This document shows positions 12,930 to 25,174 of a stretch of DNA of 64,000 nt, in pieces. The position numbers and the translations under genes are program-made. Positions within the stretch are counted from its first letter, which is position 1. Each line of letters begins with the position of its first letter. This DNA comes from Octopus sinensis. Taxonomy: Eukaryota. The stretch covers positions 34,224,001-34,288,000 of the forward strand of contig NC_043002.1 of NCBI RefSeq assembly GCF_006345805.1, in the 5' to 3' direction. The notes below the pieces were generated by a model. It had not been told where the DNA came from, searched no databases, and saw only the letters and a list, made by a program, of their open reading frames with translations.

Positions 12930-13975
12930 TTAGCACCTGGTGTCCTGTTTTAGCACATATAACCCACTCGCACAGCGAGTTGTCTGCATCAAGGTGTCGG
13001 TGGTTTGTCCGGTATTTTTTGGAGGAATTTATCCATGCACCCTTAGAATGTTATAGAGTCTAAATCGTCTTTGATTTCTTTCAGAATAAATATTGAATAA
13101 AACAGGACCAATGAAGATAAAAATAATTTGCCACAATGTTGTTATATGATGTGAGCTCGATATTTGTAGGCGGCGTACGGTTCTAAACCTTGGGTGATTT
13201 TTTTAAAAATCTGATGCTGGAAGCATTTAGATAATGTTGATGGAATATTTTCCACATTATGTAAATAATGAAATGCTCATACTTTATTCTATGAGCATGA
13301 GCACTGCGTCACTACAAATGATGTAAAGCTCATACTCAGAGAATAAAATTTGAGCCTTGGGCTTTTGAGGCGATCCTAATAGTCATGCTTTGTCGTATCA
13401 TTCATTTTATTGTGATCGATCTCTAGGGCGATTCGATTCTCATAATGTTTTGTTTTATGTGGGGGGACCATAGTGGGCAGCAATATTCAAAGGAAAGATG
13501 TAGCAAACGTAGAGAATGATGAGGGAATCACAATAATAGAGAAGAGAGGGGTGGTAGAAAATTCTAAGGATAAATAATCCTTAGAACTTTCTAGTCCAAA
13601 GAATTATGGTCCATACCAATTTTAGTGCCGATGTGTTCACTCCAGCTTAGGTTGCTGTCTACAAATACATCTAAGTCTCTTATAATATTTGACGCTTCGT
13701 AGAGCTCTCCCGAGAGAAGAGTATATTGCTGCTTACTTATAATTCTCTTTTTTAAAGCGGATGAGCTCGAATTTTCCCTCCTTTAGCAACATGCTTTTTT
13801 CGCCCATCGAGTCACAGCTAATAGATCAGAGAGTAGTTCTGTTCAGTCACACGTTCCTTTGATGACATTCGAGACAGTCGAATGGTGTGAAGTGGACTTT
13901 ATACGATACCCATGTGTACACCACTGATGACATTTATAGGTCTTGAGTTGGGTTCTGTTTGTCAGGAAACATTTC
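12930..13975 (-). mobile_element. CR1/L2-like LINE, 3' RT fragment (degenerate)
   Basis: Minus-strand pieces FLTNRTQ, GKFELIR, IRDLDVFVDSNLSWSEHI and MDKFLQKIPDKPPTP, typical of CR1-group RT C-termini. Confidence 0.72.
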
Positions 13976-13990
13976 ATCCACTGATTTAAC

Positions 13991-14058
<68 letters not shown>

Positions 14059-14280
14059 AATACTAAATTTCTAAATCTCTCGTAGAGACATGTACGGTGG
14101 TGGGGCGATAGAATGGTTGTATACTGTCAATCTAACACGAACGTGACAGTAGGGGGTACACCACCGCTGTATAGCCCTAGGAAGCATCGACGCCTCCTGA
14201 TGGCTTTGACACATTTTTTTCCCTGTCCTTATATACATTTACGAAGGGGAGACAAACACCCCCGGCCGCCGGAGTTGCAT

Positions 14281-14323
14281 CTAGAGACACGTGTTTCAGG
14301 ACCATGGTCCTTCATCGGCCTAG
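14281..14323 (-). ncRNA. Minimal type I hammerhead ribozyme with CCGAUGA (U4C) core
   Basis: Minus strand CTAGG / CCGATGA / AGGACCATGGTCCT / GAA / AC-ACGT-GT / C / TCTAG; all three stems pair and the cleavage triplet is GUC. Confidence 0.75.
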
Positions 14324-14399
14324 AGTAGCAGACACCGGTCAGCTGGCGATATTTGTCTCGACTTCGTATTGTATATATCTATAATTCAGTGTGTGTGTT

Positions 14400-14516
14400 A
14401 AGGCGCAATGTGTTTTCGCTCAATAAACACTCACAACGCCCGGTTTGGGAATCGAAACTGCGATCCTATGATCGCGAGTCCGCTGCCCTAACCACTGGGC
14501 CATTGTGCCTCCACAC
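14400..14516 (-). mobile_element. SINE family C, tRNA-like head fragment
   Basis: Reverse complement reads GGAGGCACAATGGCCCAGTGGTTAGGGCAGCGGACTCGCGATC...GTTTCGATTCCC (A and B boxes). Confidence 0.8.
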
Positions 14517-14655
14517 ACACTCTGAATTATAGATATATACAATACGAAGTCGAGACAAATATCGCCATCTGACCGGTGTCTGCTACTCTAGGCCGATTAA
14601 GTGTGTGTAAGAATATGATGACAAAGGAATAAATGACTATCTTATGAACTTCATT

Positions 14656-14736
14656 AGCTTACAGCTGTTTCTGCTATTAGATGCAGTGGACTCATAGTCG
14701 AGAGATTGAATAACACCTTATAGCTTCATCGGAGCC
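14656..14736 (-). ncRNA. Type I hammerhead ribozyme with long loop II and CCGAUGA core, in the left arm of a ~290-bp palindrome
   Basis: Minus strand GGCT / CCGATGA / A-GCTAT...ATAGC-A / GAA / AC-AGCT-GT / A / AGCT. Confidence 0.65.
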
Positions 14737-15006
14737 TGGGAAAGAACTACAAATTCTTTCCCAAATAAATTGTACTTCATATTCGCTGCTACGGTGAAAC
14801 TATAAGGTGTTATTCAGGCACTCCACTATAGGTCCAATGCATCTTATTGCCAAATCAGCTGTCAGCTAATGAATTTAATACGATAATAATTTAATCCTTT
14901 GTCGTTTCTTTTTTCTCATTACTGCTCTATACTCGGCTAACACTCCTTTCTGAAACATATGTATATTGAGTACTACACCAGGTTGTTAGTCTAGCAATGC
15001 CTAAAC

Positions 15007-15047
<41 letters not shown>

Positions 15048-15139
15048 TAGTTGGAATTTACAAACAAACAAAAGACGAAGACAGGTGTATAAACAACAAA
15101 CAGGTGTATTAGTTTAACGCTCGGAAAGGTGAGAAAGTT

Positions 15140-15173
15140 TTTTACGTTTCGAGCCTACGCTCTTCAACAGAAA
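15140..15173 (-). ncRNA. Ultra-minimal hammerhead (CUGUUGA variant) in a ~200-bp Penelope-tail-like repeat at about 15045-15250
   Basis: Minus strand TTT / CTGTTGA / A-GAGC-GTAG-GCTC / GAA-AC-GT / A / AAA. Confidence 0.55.
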
Positions 15174-15267
15174 GGAACATGAGATAATAAACAGAGAATA
15201 AAAAAAGCTTTAGTGGCTAGCGGTTGAGAACAAAAAAAAAAGCTTTAGTGGCTTATATATATATATA

Positions 15268-15664
15268 TCTTTATATATAAAAGTCAAGTTGTGTGTCTGT
15301 CTCCTACGATTTAGATTCCTAACTACTCCCACATTTTGCGGTGCAGTTTAACAAAAACCGGGTATCTTATAGTCGTGATTCATATCGAGCCCTTCTGGGT
15401 ATTAGCGCGCGTCTACGATGAGTCTACGATTTTAAAAAAAATTACCATCATTTTTTTCCATTTTAAGGCATTTTTTCGCTATTATATAAGGGAAGTAACT
15501 CTCTAAAAATGTCTACGATGAGTCAACAATTTTAAAACTAATTTAGCATCATTTTTTTACCATTTTTAATGCATCTTTTTGCTATTTTTTGGCTATAACT
15601 CTCTAAAAATGCTTATATAGTTATTTCCCTTACAAACCCGAGCAACGCCGGGCGATACTGCTAG
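15268..15664 (+). mobile_element. Non-autonomous Helitron
   Basis: A|TC start, CTAG|T end, GC hairpin CCCG-AGCAACGC-CGGG about 10 nt before CTAG, no TSD, internal ~95-bp tandem duplication. Confidence 0.8.
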
Positions 15665-15711
<47 letters not shown>

Positions 15712-15730
15712 ATATGTTTATATTTATATT

Positions 15731-15793
<63 letters not shown>

Positions 15794-15827
15794 TATATAT
15801 ATATATATATTATATATATATATATAT

Positions 15828-15892
<65 letters not shown>

Positions 15893-16102
15893 TACATATA
15901 TATATATACACACACACAAACCTGCGCACACGCACATATCCACACTTATACACACATACCTTCTTCTCTTGCACTCTCCTGTCTTTGAAAGAACTTTTTC
16001 TTCACCCATTCCATTCCGGTCATTCAAAATGTGACCGCATGTGTACTGTTGGCGATTTATTTTCCCCCATCTTCCCTTCCTTGGATCTTTCCTTTTCCTA
16101 TG

Positions 16103-16135
16103 TTTCTGACGAAGAGCTCCACTCGAAACGTTAAA
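16103..16135 (+). ncRNA. Ultra-minimal hammerhead with intact core, in a repeat related to 15045-15250
   Basis: TTT / CTGACGA / A-GAG-CTCCA-CTC / GAA-AC-GT / T / AAA; downstream CCTTTCCTGAGCGT is shared with the 15 kb element. Confidence 0.6.
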
Positions 16136-16403
16136 TTCTCCTTCTTTCTTTCCTTTCCTGAGCGTCCAATAACACTATATTTGTTCCACGTCCTCGCGTT
16201 GTTGTGTTTTCTCTTTGTGTTTTCATTTTTCGATTAACTTTATATATATATATATATATATATATAGGTAGGTAGGCCATGGCTAAACAGTTGTATGATC
16301 AATAGTATTCCAACGATATATATATGTGTGTGCATATATATAGAGAGAGATAGATAGATAGATATAGATATATAGCGTGGCACCATATATAATATATATA
16401 TCG

Positions 16404-16700
16404 TAGCACTCCGTCGGTTACGACGACGTGGGTTCCAGTTGATCCGATCAACGGAACAGCCTGCTCGTGAAATTAACGTGCAACTGGCTGAGCACTCCAC
16501 AGACACATGTACCTTTAGCGTAGATTCAGCGTGACAAGGCTTAACCCTTTGAAATACAGGTACAAAAACAGGAAGAAAGAATGAATGTTGGGGTGAAAGA
16601 GTACAGCAGAGTTCGCCACCACCACCACCGGAGCCTAGTGGAGCTTTAGGTGTTTTCGTTCAATAAACACTCACAACGCCTTGTCCGGGAATCGAAACAT
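16404..16700 (-). mobile_element. SINE family C
   Basis: Shares GCACTCCGTCG..ACGACGA..GTTCCAGT.GATCCGATCAACGG.ACAGCCTGCTCGTGAAATT with 45745-46025. Confidence 0.8.
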
Positions 16701-17002
16701 ATATAGTGTACTCTATACGATATTATACAATGTACTCTTTTATTTTTTTTTGCAAGGGTTTAAAGAAGATTTTTCGCTATTTCTAGCAGTTCGAGCGACC
16801 ACACTGAGGTTCCCTCCTATTGACTATAGTGTGAAGAGGTATAAGAAATATCTTCATTGTTGTTCCCGTGGGATATTTGGATCTTTGTGACTTTCGTCAC
16901 CGTTTACAATTATCTTTAAAAAATTTTTTAATACATCATATTGATGTAATTTTTGACGCTGAATCTGAATTTGTTATTTATTTATTCCAGAAAAAAAATG
17001 TT

Positions 17003-17204
17003 TTTTTTATTTGTTTCAGTCATTTTATTGTGGCCATGCTAGAGCACCGCCTTTAGTCGAATCAAATCGACCCCAGGACTTATTCTTTGTAAGCCTAGTA
17101 CTTATTCTATCGGTCTCTTTTGCCGGACCGCTAAGTTACGGGAACCTAAACACACCAGCATCTGTTGTCAAGCGATGTTGAGGGGACAAACACAGATACA
17201 CAAA

Positions 17205-17236
<32 letters not shown>

Positions 17237-17237
17237 A

Positions 17238-17286
<49 letters not shown>

Positions 17287-17296
17287 CTATATATAT

Positions 17297-17342
<46 letters not shown>

Positions 17343-17522
17343 CGCAGGAGTGGCCATATAGGCGCAGGAGTGGCTGTGTGGTAAGTAGCTTGTTTACCAA
17401 CCACATGGTTCCGGGTTCAGTCCCACTGCGTGGCACCTTGGGCAAGTGTCTTCTACTATAGCCTCGGGCCGACCAAAGCCTTGTGAGTGGATTTCGTAGA
17501 CGGAAACTGAAAGAAGCCCGTC

Positions 17523-17581
<59 letters not shown>

Positions 17582-17970
17582 TGTATGTGTTTGTGTGTCT
17601 GTTTTTGTCCCCCTAGCATTGCTTGACAACCGATGCTGGCGTGTTTATGTCCCCGTTACTTAGCGGTTCGGCAAAAGAGACCGATAGAATAAGTACAGAG
17701 CTTACAAAAGAATAAGTCCCGGGGTCGAGTTGCTCGATTAAAAGCGGTGCTCCAGCATGGCCGCAGTCAAATGACTGAAACAAGTAAAAGAGTAAAAGAG
17801 AGTAACACGACGGGCTTTTTCAGTTTCCGTCTACCAAATTCACTCACAAGGCTTTGATCGGCCCGAGGCTATAGTAGAAGACACTTGCCCAAGGTGCCAC
17901 GCAGTGGGACTGAACCTGGAACCATGTGGTTGGTAAGCAAGCTATTCACCACTCAGCCACTCATGCGCCT
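17003..17970 (-). mobile_element. Minus-strand SINE A (halves 17003-17205 and 17805-17970) interrupted by a plus-strand SINE A (17338-17800)
   Basis: Order along the window: 3' half RC, full + copy, 5' half RC. Confidence 0.85.
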
Positions 17971-18089
17971 AGTTTTCAGAATTTTCAGCCATTCAGAAAA
18001 TAGCGCATTCACTGCTTCGTCTATCGTCAGGAGTAGGGGGGAAGCGGCATGTCAAAGCATTAACCTAAAATTGTTGAGAGTGCGTTCCA

Positions 18090-18875
18090 TCTGTTGTAGA
18101 ACAAGTGGTGGTTACACTACTTGTGCGCATGCGCAGCATCTTCGGTTACTATGGAAACAGAGTTCTTCGCAATCAGCTATGGAACACGTGGTGCTTCTTT
18201 CCTTTGATTACTATAGAAACACGGTGATGTCTAAAAGACTTGCTTCTGATTGGCTAAATACTCAAATTTTGCATATTTTAAAAGCTAACAACCTTTAAAT
18301 TATGGATTTATATGAGAAAAGAATATCATTTTCATAATTAATATATAAAACTTAATCCATATACCAAAATTTGAAAACAACTGGAACAAAATTTTCCTTT
18401 TCAGCATTGAATGCTCACCATCACCCCCCCCCCCCGCACACACACACAAACATTCACATGCCTCCCTTTTACATACACACACATATACTCATATAGAGTT
18501 AAAACGCTTCCATTACCAGTTTGCCATCACCCCTTTCTTCCATATTCATCTACCATCCCTTCCTTTCTCATTCATATATTGTGACGAAGAAAAACGCAAG
18601 ACTTATTATAATAGAGGATTATCATTCTCATATCTCCTTCTCCTCCTTGTGCGCACGTGCACCATCATTGGTTTCGATGAAAACAAAGTTTTTCGTCACG
18701 GTGGTGTGTAAAATACTCCCCTCTGATTGACTAAAATACCCAAGTTTTGAAAATTTTAAAGGCTAATAACTTTTTAATTATGGATTTATATTGAAAATGA
18801 ATTTCATATTCATAATTGGTATACAAAACTTAATCTATATACCAAATTTGAAAACAATTGGAACAAAATTGACGA
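18090..18875 (+). repeat. Two tandem copies (about 18090-18400 and 18560-18875) of a ~310-bp dispersed repeat carrying NRF1, RFX and CCAAT motifs
   Basis: TGCGCATGCGCA 18124-18135, GTTACTATGGAAAC 18145-18158, CTGATTGGCT 18246-18255; third copy inverted at 38440-38720. Confidence 0.75.
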
Positions 18876-21044
18876 AAACTACAACGATCCACCACCACTA
18901 CCATCATCACCACTACCACCTCTATAATGAACGTTATCGACGGGACACCATTGTGGCCAATACATCTGCCAAAACAATTGTCAAAACTCCTTCAAATCAC
19001 ACGCTAATGTCTTACTAAAGAAAAGTTGCATTCGAAAATGTAGTGCCAAGTATTATCTGGAATATAATCTGGGAGAGTCATGGCTGGCGCCCCTACGGTT
19101 ATAGGTCTTTCTCTTCGAAGCTGATTTAGATTATTTATTTTATTAGAAATATCACTTTAAATCTCATCCTAACGGTCTTTAAAATGCATAAGAAAGATTG
19201 ATAATGCAGTTCTATGTAAACTATGTGGTTAATAAGACGGGAAGGTCACTGTTTGAATATGTTTAATTATAGGTTTGCTGGCTTGATCCGGGACTAAACA
19301 AAATCCGCAACACGGTTAGGTATCGTTTTTATGGCCATTCCCAAGGCCTCTATTACTTGTAGGAGTATAAGAGAAATTATCCTATACAACGAGATACTTG
19401 CAACGAGATAACCCATACTAAATGTAATAGGGAACAAGTTGTAGTGTTAAATAAGGCGACAGGCTAAGTGCACCATCCGAGAACACGTAACAAGACCTTT
19501 CGACAGATTTTCGCACATTATGTAAGACATTCGAGGTAGTAATTCTCAGCGGTTAGTGCCAAACTCAGTTGACTCTATGACTTTTGGTATATTGTCTAAA
19601 GACAATTGGAAACTTTTACAATCGTGGTAACCATTAATCGCTATATAACTGGAGGTAACATGTGTTTTGGTTTTATAGGAGGTAGAAATAGCTCAGAACC
19701 AAATCTAAGACATTTCAATTTAAGAGGGAATTTAATAAAAGATTATATAAATAAAAATACTACCGGTTTCGATGTATTCCATCTTATCAAATATCAGTAA
19801 AAATTTATGAAAATTTGAAAAATTCTATTCTAGGTAAAAACAGTTTATCTTGCCTGGTGCTCAAGAACATGTCTGGAGATTGTTCGTTAAAGTCTTCTTT
19901 AAATATAATTTGGTGTAGAGTTCAAAGTTTTAGAGATTGAGAGAAGTAGTGTTTATTGTCTAAAAGAAACCTTTGTGTGTTCCTGTCAAGGGAGTGGCTA
20001 AAAAGCATTTATTGAAAGGGTTTTATGTTCACCTCTGTGTGTGTTATGTTGAATGTTCTTTCAATATGTTTTGAAAAATGACCAGCTGTGAGTTGATGTG
20101 ATGTATGCAGTGAAGAATTTCTCTTGTTGAAAAACCAATTAGGATTTTTCTTTGGGTTAAATGTTTGATTGAAGGAATCTGGGCACTTGTTCTGTTTTGA
20201 GTGAGTCTGTAGGGTCGTTTTAGATGGTAAGTGTGTTGAGTGGGGTGGGGTCTGCTGTAGATGCTGTTTTGTTGTAGTCTTGTTGGGGTTCTGAGCGGTC
20301 TGGGTAGTTTAGGTGGGTCTCTTCCAAAGGTCATTGTGTTTATGTTGTAGTAATTGTGATCCCACTGGGGGTACTTGTTTTCGTTATAGTCTATTAGGGG
20401 GGGGCTGATGTAGCCCTCTGGGATCCGGGTGTACTTCTTCCAAGTTTGTGTTATAAGGTTCGTTTATATTATGTCTGGATTTGGATTTGTAAGAGAAAAT
20501 TTGGGGAATATTTGTGTTGTGGTTGGGTGTAGTTATTCTTCGGTTGTAGTTGGGTGTATTTGGTTTGGGTTGGGGGGAACTGTGTTTGTGGGTTAGGTCT
20601 CTTGTGTTTGATGGTCTGATTGTTTCTGTAGGATTTCATGTTTTGTTCTGTTTTTGATGAAATGGTTGTCTGTGTTGTGTATTTTAAAAAATTCCTCTTT
20701 GTATTTAAGGAACCACATCTCGCATTTTCCCCATCGAGAGGAAAGATATAAGTTCTGTATGTTTATAGTCTTGTTTCCAGAGTTTAAGGTGTTGTAAGTT
20801 GGTTCCCTCAGAATTTTGTGGACATACTTCTATTTGTTGATCGATATCTTTGATTTTTTTGTTTATTTCTTGTGGCTCTTAATTTTAAGAGTTCAATTTC
20901 TATGTTTATTCTATTGAAGGACGTTTGCTCCCGTAGTTATCTTTGTTGTTCTGACTCATCAGTTATGGGGTTTTCTTTGAATTTTCGGAGTAAGATTATT
21001 GGGGTGGACTAATCTTAAATAAATGACAATGGAAAAGGAAATTA

Positions 21045-21140
21045 TGTAATGAACTTCATTAGCTAACAGCTGTTTCTGCTACAAGAGACAGTGCACACAG
21101 AGCCAAGTGCTTGCGCATCACTTTATAGCTTCTTTCGAAC
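21045..21140 (-). repeat. Third, degenerate copy of the hammerhead-bearing unit at 14640-14736
   Basis: ATGAACTTCATTAGCT.ACAGCTGTTTCTGCTA...TATAGCTTC shared; 5' core decayed. Confidence 0.65.
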
Positions 21141-22435
21141 CTTCTAAAACGAAGTGCAAGTTCATTTGGGAAAAGTTTTATATATATGGGAAAGATATGT
21201 AATGTCCTGGTATATGTTCAGGCTTCTCAAAAATGTCTTATACAGGCGACGGTATTCCAAAGTTGCATATTAATGGTATTGTTATTGCTCAGAACTTCAA
21301 AAATCTTTCATCTCTATTAGGCAACATTGGCGTGAACTTTTGGTCGACGAAGATATTTTATCGCGACTGTTCCACAAATGACACGTGACATCCATTAACC
21401 TACCAGAGCCACTCTTTGTCGTGTGATTGCGAGTGACCTTAATTCTTTGTTAATGTTCTCAAAACTCTCCTATGCTGTTTCTCAGATGACCTTGTCTTCT
21501 TAGAAATATATTCAAACACGGCCGCCTGTTTTCCTATTTCTTCATCTAGTGTTTTGGAAGTAATATTCTTTGCTTTCTGCTGATTGCTGTACGTCTCACA
21601 CATTTCGGCCATTTTGTTGAGAAAAGAACATAGTGTTTGCAGATGGTATGCTTGCTCCTATTTCTTCTCTCTCTCCCTTTCTCTCTCTCCCTCTCTCTCT
21701 CTTTCTTTCTATGCCATCCTTTTCATAACCGCTGTTGTTCTTGTGGTTATTATTGTTGTTATTTTGTCACTAGTAAATCACCAATACCACAGCTGTCACT
21801 ATTATTGTTACAGCTATTATCACAGGTGTCTGCATTATTAGTATCGTTCCTGTTTTCAGCATTGAGATTATTGTTCATGATACTATTGTTGAAGTTACTG
21901 TTAATGTAGGAAACGTTGTTGTTACGTGTGCAAATGTTACAATACACAAAAGATTTTCAGAATCAGCTCCCATTCTCTCCACCAACGCAGCTTTGATCAA
22001 ATATCTCTTTGCCATCGATAACAATTAACAATATGTCTTCCCATAAACTATATATATGTATATATAAATTTCTAATGTGACCATGCATGTGATTAATGGA
22101 TTAATAATTTGTTATTATTTATGGAGGTTCCTGTTGAAATATACTTTCCATTTCGGGAATCAAAAATATACCCCTCTCACAAAATATAATTTATTTCTTA
22201 TAAAATACAAAAGCCTACATACTTTATAATAGGATGACGGTCGATTTAATCAAGATTAGTACATGATTGTTGCCTATTTTATCGACTCCGCCGCCAACAC
22301 TTTTTCTGCAAAATAGGGATATCTTATCCTGTTCAGCCTTATTAGCATCATCCTGCGTTTGAGAATTTAAAATCAGTTCTTTAATTTTCTAAGACATCTC
22401 ACGCTTCTAAAGCCAGCTTCGTTTGTTTGTTTACG

Positions 22436-22473
<38 letters not shown>

Positions 22474-23694
22474 CTATATATATATATATATAATATAATT
22501 ATAATATATAATATATATATTTATTATGTAGTATGTATGTATGTATATTCATCCTCCAACAATGTGTGATATAAACTCAAATATAAAAGGCCGTAATCAA
22601 ATACCAGAGGGCATTTGTGTCTGTTGACCTACCGATGCTATCAGTCGAGCAACTTCTAAAAATTGTCTCTAATTTAGGCGCAAGGCCACAAATTTTGGGA
22701 GGCAGTGTTTAGTCAGTTACATCGTCCCCTGAGGGATGAAAGGCAAAATCGTCCCCTGTGTGATTTGAGATGTGAATGGGAAGGTCTGTTATTAAGTATC
22801 AAACACCAACTTGTTCGACGCTCTTACGAATCGGCCATCCACTCCAGTTAGGAAAATATGTGAAAGACGTAGCTTTTATTATATCAACCCTGATAGTTGG
22901 CGGGTAATTGTTTTATCAAATCCAGAAGGACGGCAACCAAGTTTGATATTTGTAGGATTTGGACTTACAACGCAGAGAAGCAAAACTAAGTCAAATCCGC
23001 CATCAATCACCACGACCACAAAAACAAAAATGAAGTCACAAATACTGGAATAGGGCATTGCTGATTGAATCGGACCCGCTACTTGACTTGGTGTTATATT
23101 TCATCGACCTTGGAAGGATAGAAGACAAAGTTGACTTTGACAGGGGTTGAAGTCAGAACATTAAAGGATGTAACCTATTTATAGCTGAGTCAGAGATGAA
23201 AGGGCAACATCATGATCCTTTTAAGATGAAAGGGCAACATCATGATCCTCTGGGGCCAAGAAGTAAGGAAGTTATCTTCAATATAGAGATCAGGCTCGAA
23301 TGATTATAATAGAGAGTATTCTTTTAAAATCAGGGTCCAAGAATTGGTGTTAAACAGGCTCACAGATTAAGTCAATCTCTCACAAACAGAGTGATCCTAT
23401 CTTCTTTCTCACTTGTGGATTTGGTCAATTCAAGATTATAATGGAAAACGTTTGCCGAAGACGTGCAATGGTTCGTTGCTGTTGCAGTTAGTTACTGAAT
23501 GAATCATTAACCAAACTTACAAGCATTTCTGTTAAAAACACCAGAAACAATGTTATTTATACTTCTGGAATGTCAGTGATTTTTTGCACTATTACCTTTT
23601 TGTCCACTTTTTTTGTGTGTGTGTGTGTGTGTGTAGACAACAAAAGCAACAACAACAACAACAACAATAATAATAATAATAATTATTATTATTA

Positions 23695-23757
<63 letters not shown>

Positions 23758-23759
<2 letters not shown>

Positions 23760-23955
23760 TTTCAGTTGTCTTTTAATAATATTTTGAAAACTTTTGTTAA
23801 CCAACGTTCAAGACAAAATATCGGCCAGACATTCTACCCCCTCCAAACAAACAAAATCAGTTGCCCAGAAAATATATCACACACACACACCACACAGACA
23901 CGCACACACAAACCCACACACACATATATACATACACATGTATGCACGCGCGTGC

Positions 23956-24019
<64 letters not shown>

Positions 24020-24105
24020 TATTTTCAGGGCAACTGATTTTGTTATTTTGTCTTGAACGTTGGTTAACAAAAGTTTTCAGAATGTTATTAAAAGACAACT
24101 GAAAA
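23758..24105. mobile_element. MITE-like element with ~85-bp TIRs around a compound microsatellite
   Basis: TTCAGTTGTCTTTTAATAA..AACCAACGTTCAAGACAAAATA..CAAAATCAGTTGCCC is inverted at 24017-24105; the left TIR is interrupted by about 30 bp. Confidence 0.8.
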
Positions 24106-24234
24106 AAAAAATGAAAACATGCTCCTCCCTTCTCTGTTTAGTAATTCCATTCTGAATGATATATAATTAATAATCCAATATTTGGGAAAAAAATCGACAA
24201 AATGTATTGCATAGGAATCAAGCGTAAGAGATCA

Positions 24235-24600
24235 TGTTTCAAATTTTAGCACAACGCCAGTAATTTCGTTGAAAGTAATTTCGTTGGTTACATCGACCCA
24301 AGTGCTCGACTGGTACTTATTTTATCGACCCGAAAAGGATGAAAGGTAAAGTCAATCTCGGTGGAATTTGAACTCAGAACGTAAAGACGGATGAAGTACA
24401 AGACATTTTTTCAGACACCTCTAACGATTTCTGCCAATCCTAAAGTCTAAGAAGAGACAAGGTCAGAAATTCGGCGGTGGAGGTTTGTCGACTATATCGA
24501 CCTCAGTATCTGACTTGCACATTAATTCATTGACCTTCGGAAAAATGAAATGTAAAGGCCGTTCTCAGCGAGATTTGAACTCAGGACCTAAAGAAACGTA
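24235..24600 (-). mobile_element. Two SINE B fragments
   Basis: Reverse complement of the SINE B core, twice. Confidence 0.75.
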
Positions 24601-25082
24601 ACTATATACCGGAAGATATATTCAGTCCGACAGAGATTATAAAGCCATAAGGACAGTAAGAAAAGAAGACATCAGTAAGTATTGTGAAGTTATTAAAGAA
24701 AACTAATCAGTTGGAGAGATGAAGGTGTTACGGCGTTAAACTAGTAATTGTTGGCTATTGATCCAGCTGTAAATAGCCATCACTTGTATATATGTCATTG
24801 TTAAACTCTGCTGCAAATTAGAACGGCTTACTTTAAATAGCTTCCAGTTGAAGTAGCAGTACCACAGGCGGCAGTAGTCAGCTCGATCGCTCCTATTCAG
24901 CTATTGTTAGACACCCTCATACCATTGTGGTATCAGATGTAAAGTAAAGGTCTATAATCTAAATAGCATTAGTTCAAGTACAGCGCACGGCAGTCACTTG
25001 CCGACAAACTGATTCATGTTATGTGCTACCTGGGGTGAGTGTATGCCTGTGCTATGCGCGTGAGTGTGCTTGTGTGCTGTCC

Positions 25083-25121
<39 letters not shown>

Positions 25122-25137
25122 TGTTGTTGTTGTTGTT

Positions 25138-25174
<37 letters not shown>

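Noticed and set aside
20040-20970. Possible Penelope 3' remnant on the minus strand, with CTGATGAG at about 20956
   Set aside because: Strand-biased composition is suggestive, but no clear RT or GIY-YIG motif or complete ribozyme could be read.
23194-23249. 26-bp tandem duplication (30-bp period); similarly a 21-bp duplication at about 58605-58646
   Set aside because: Two-copy slippage duplications; no spacer structure, not CRISPR-like.
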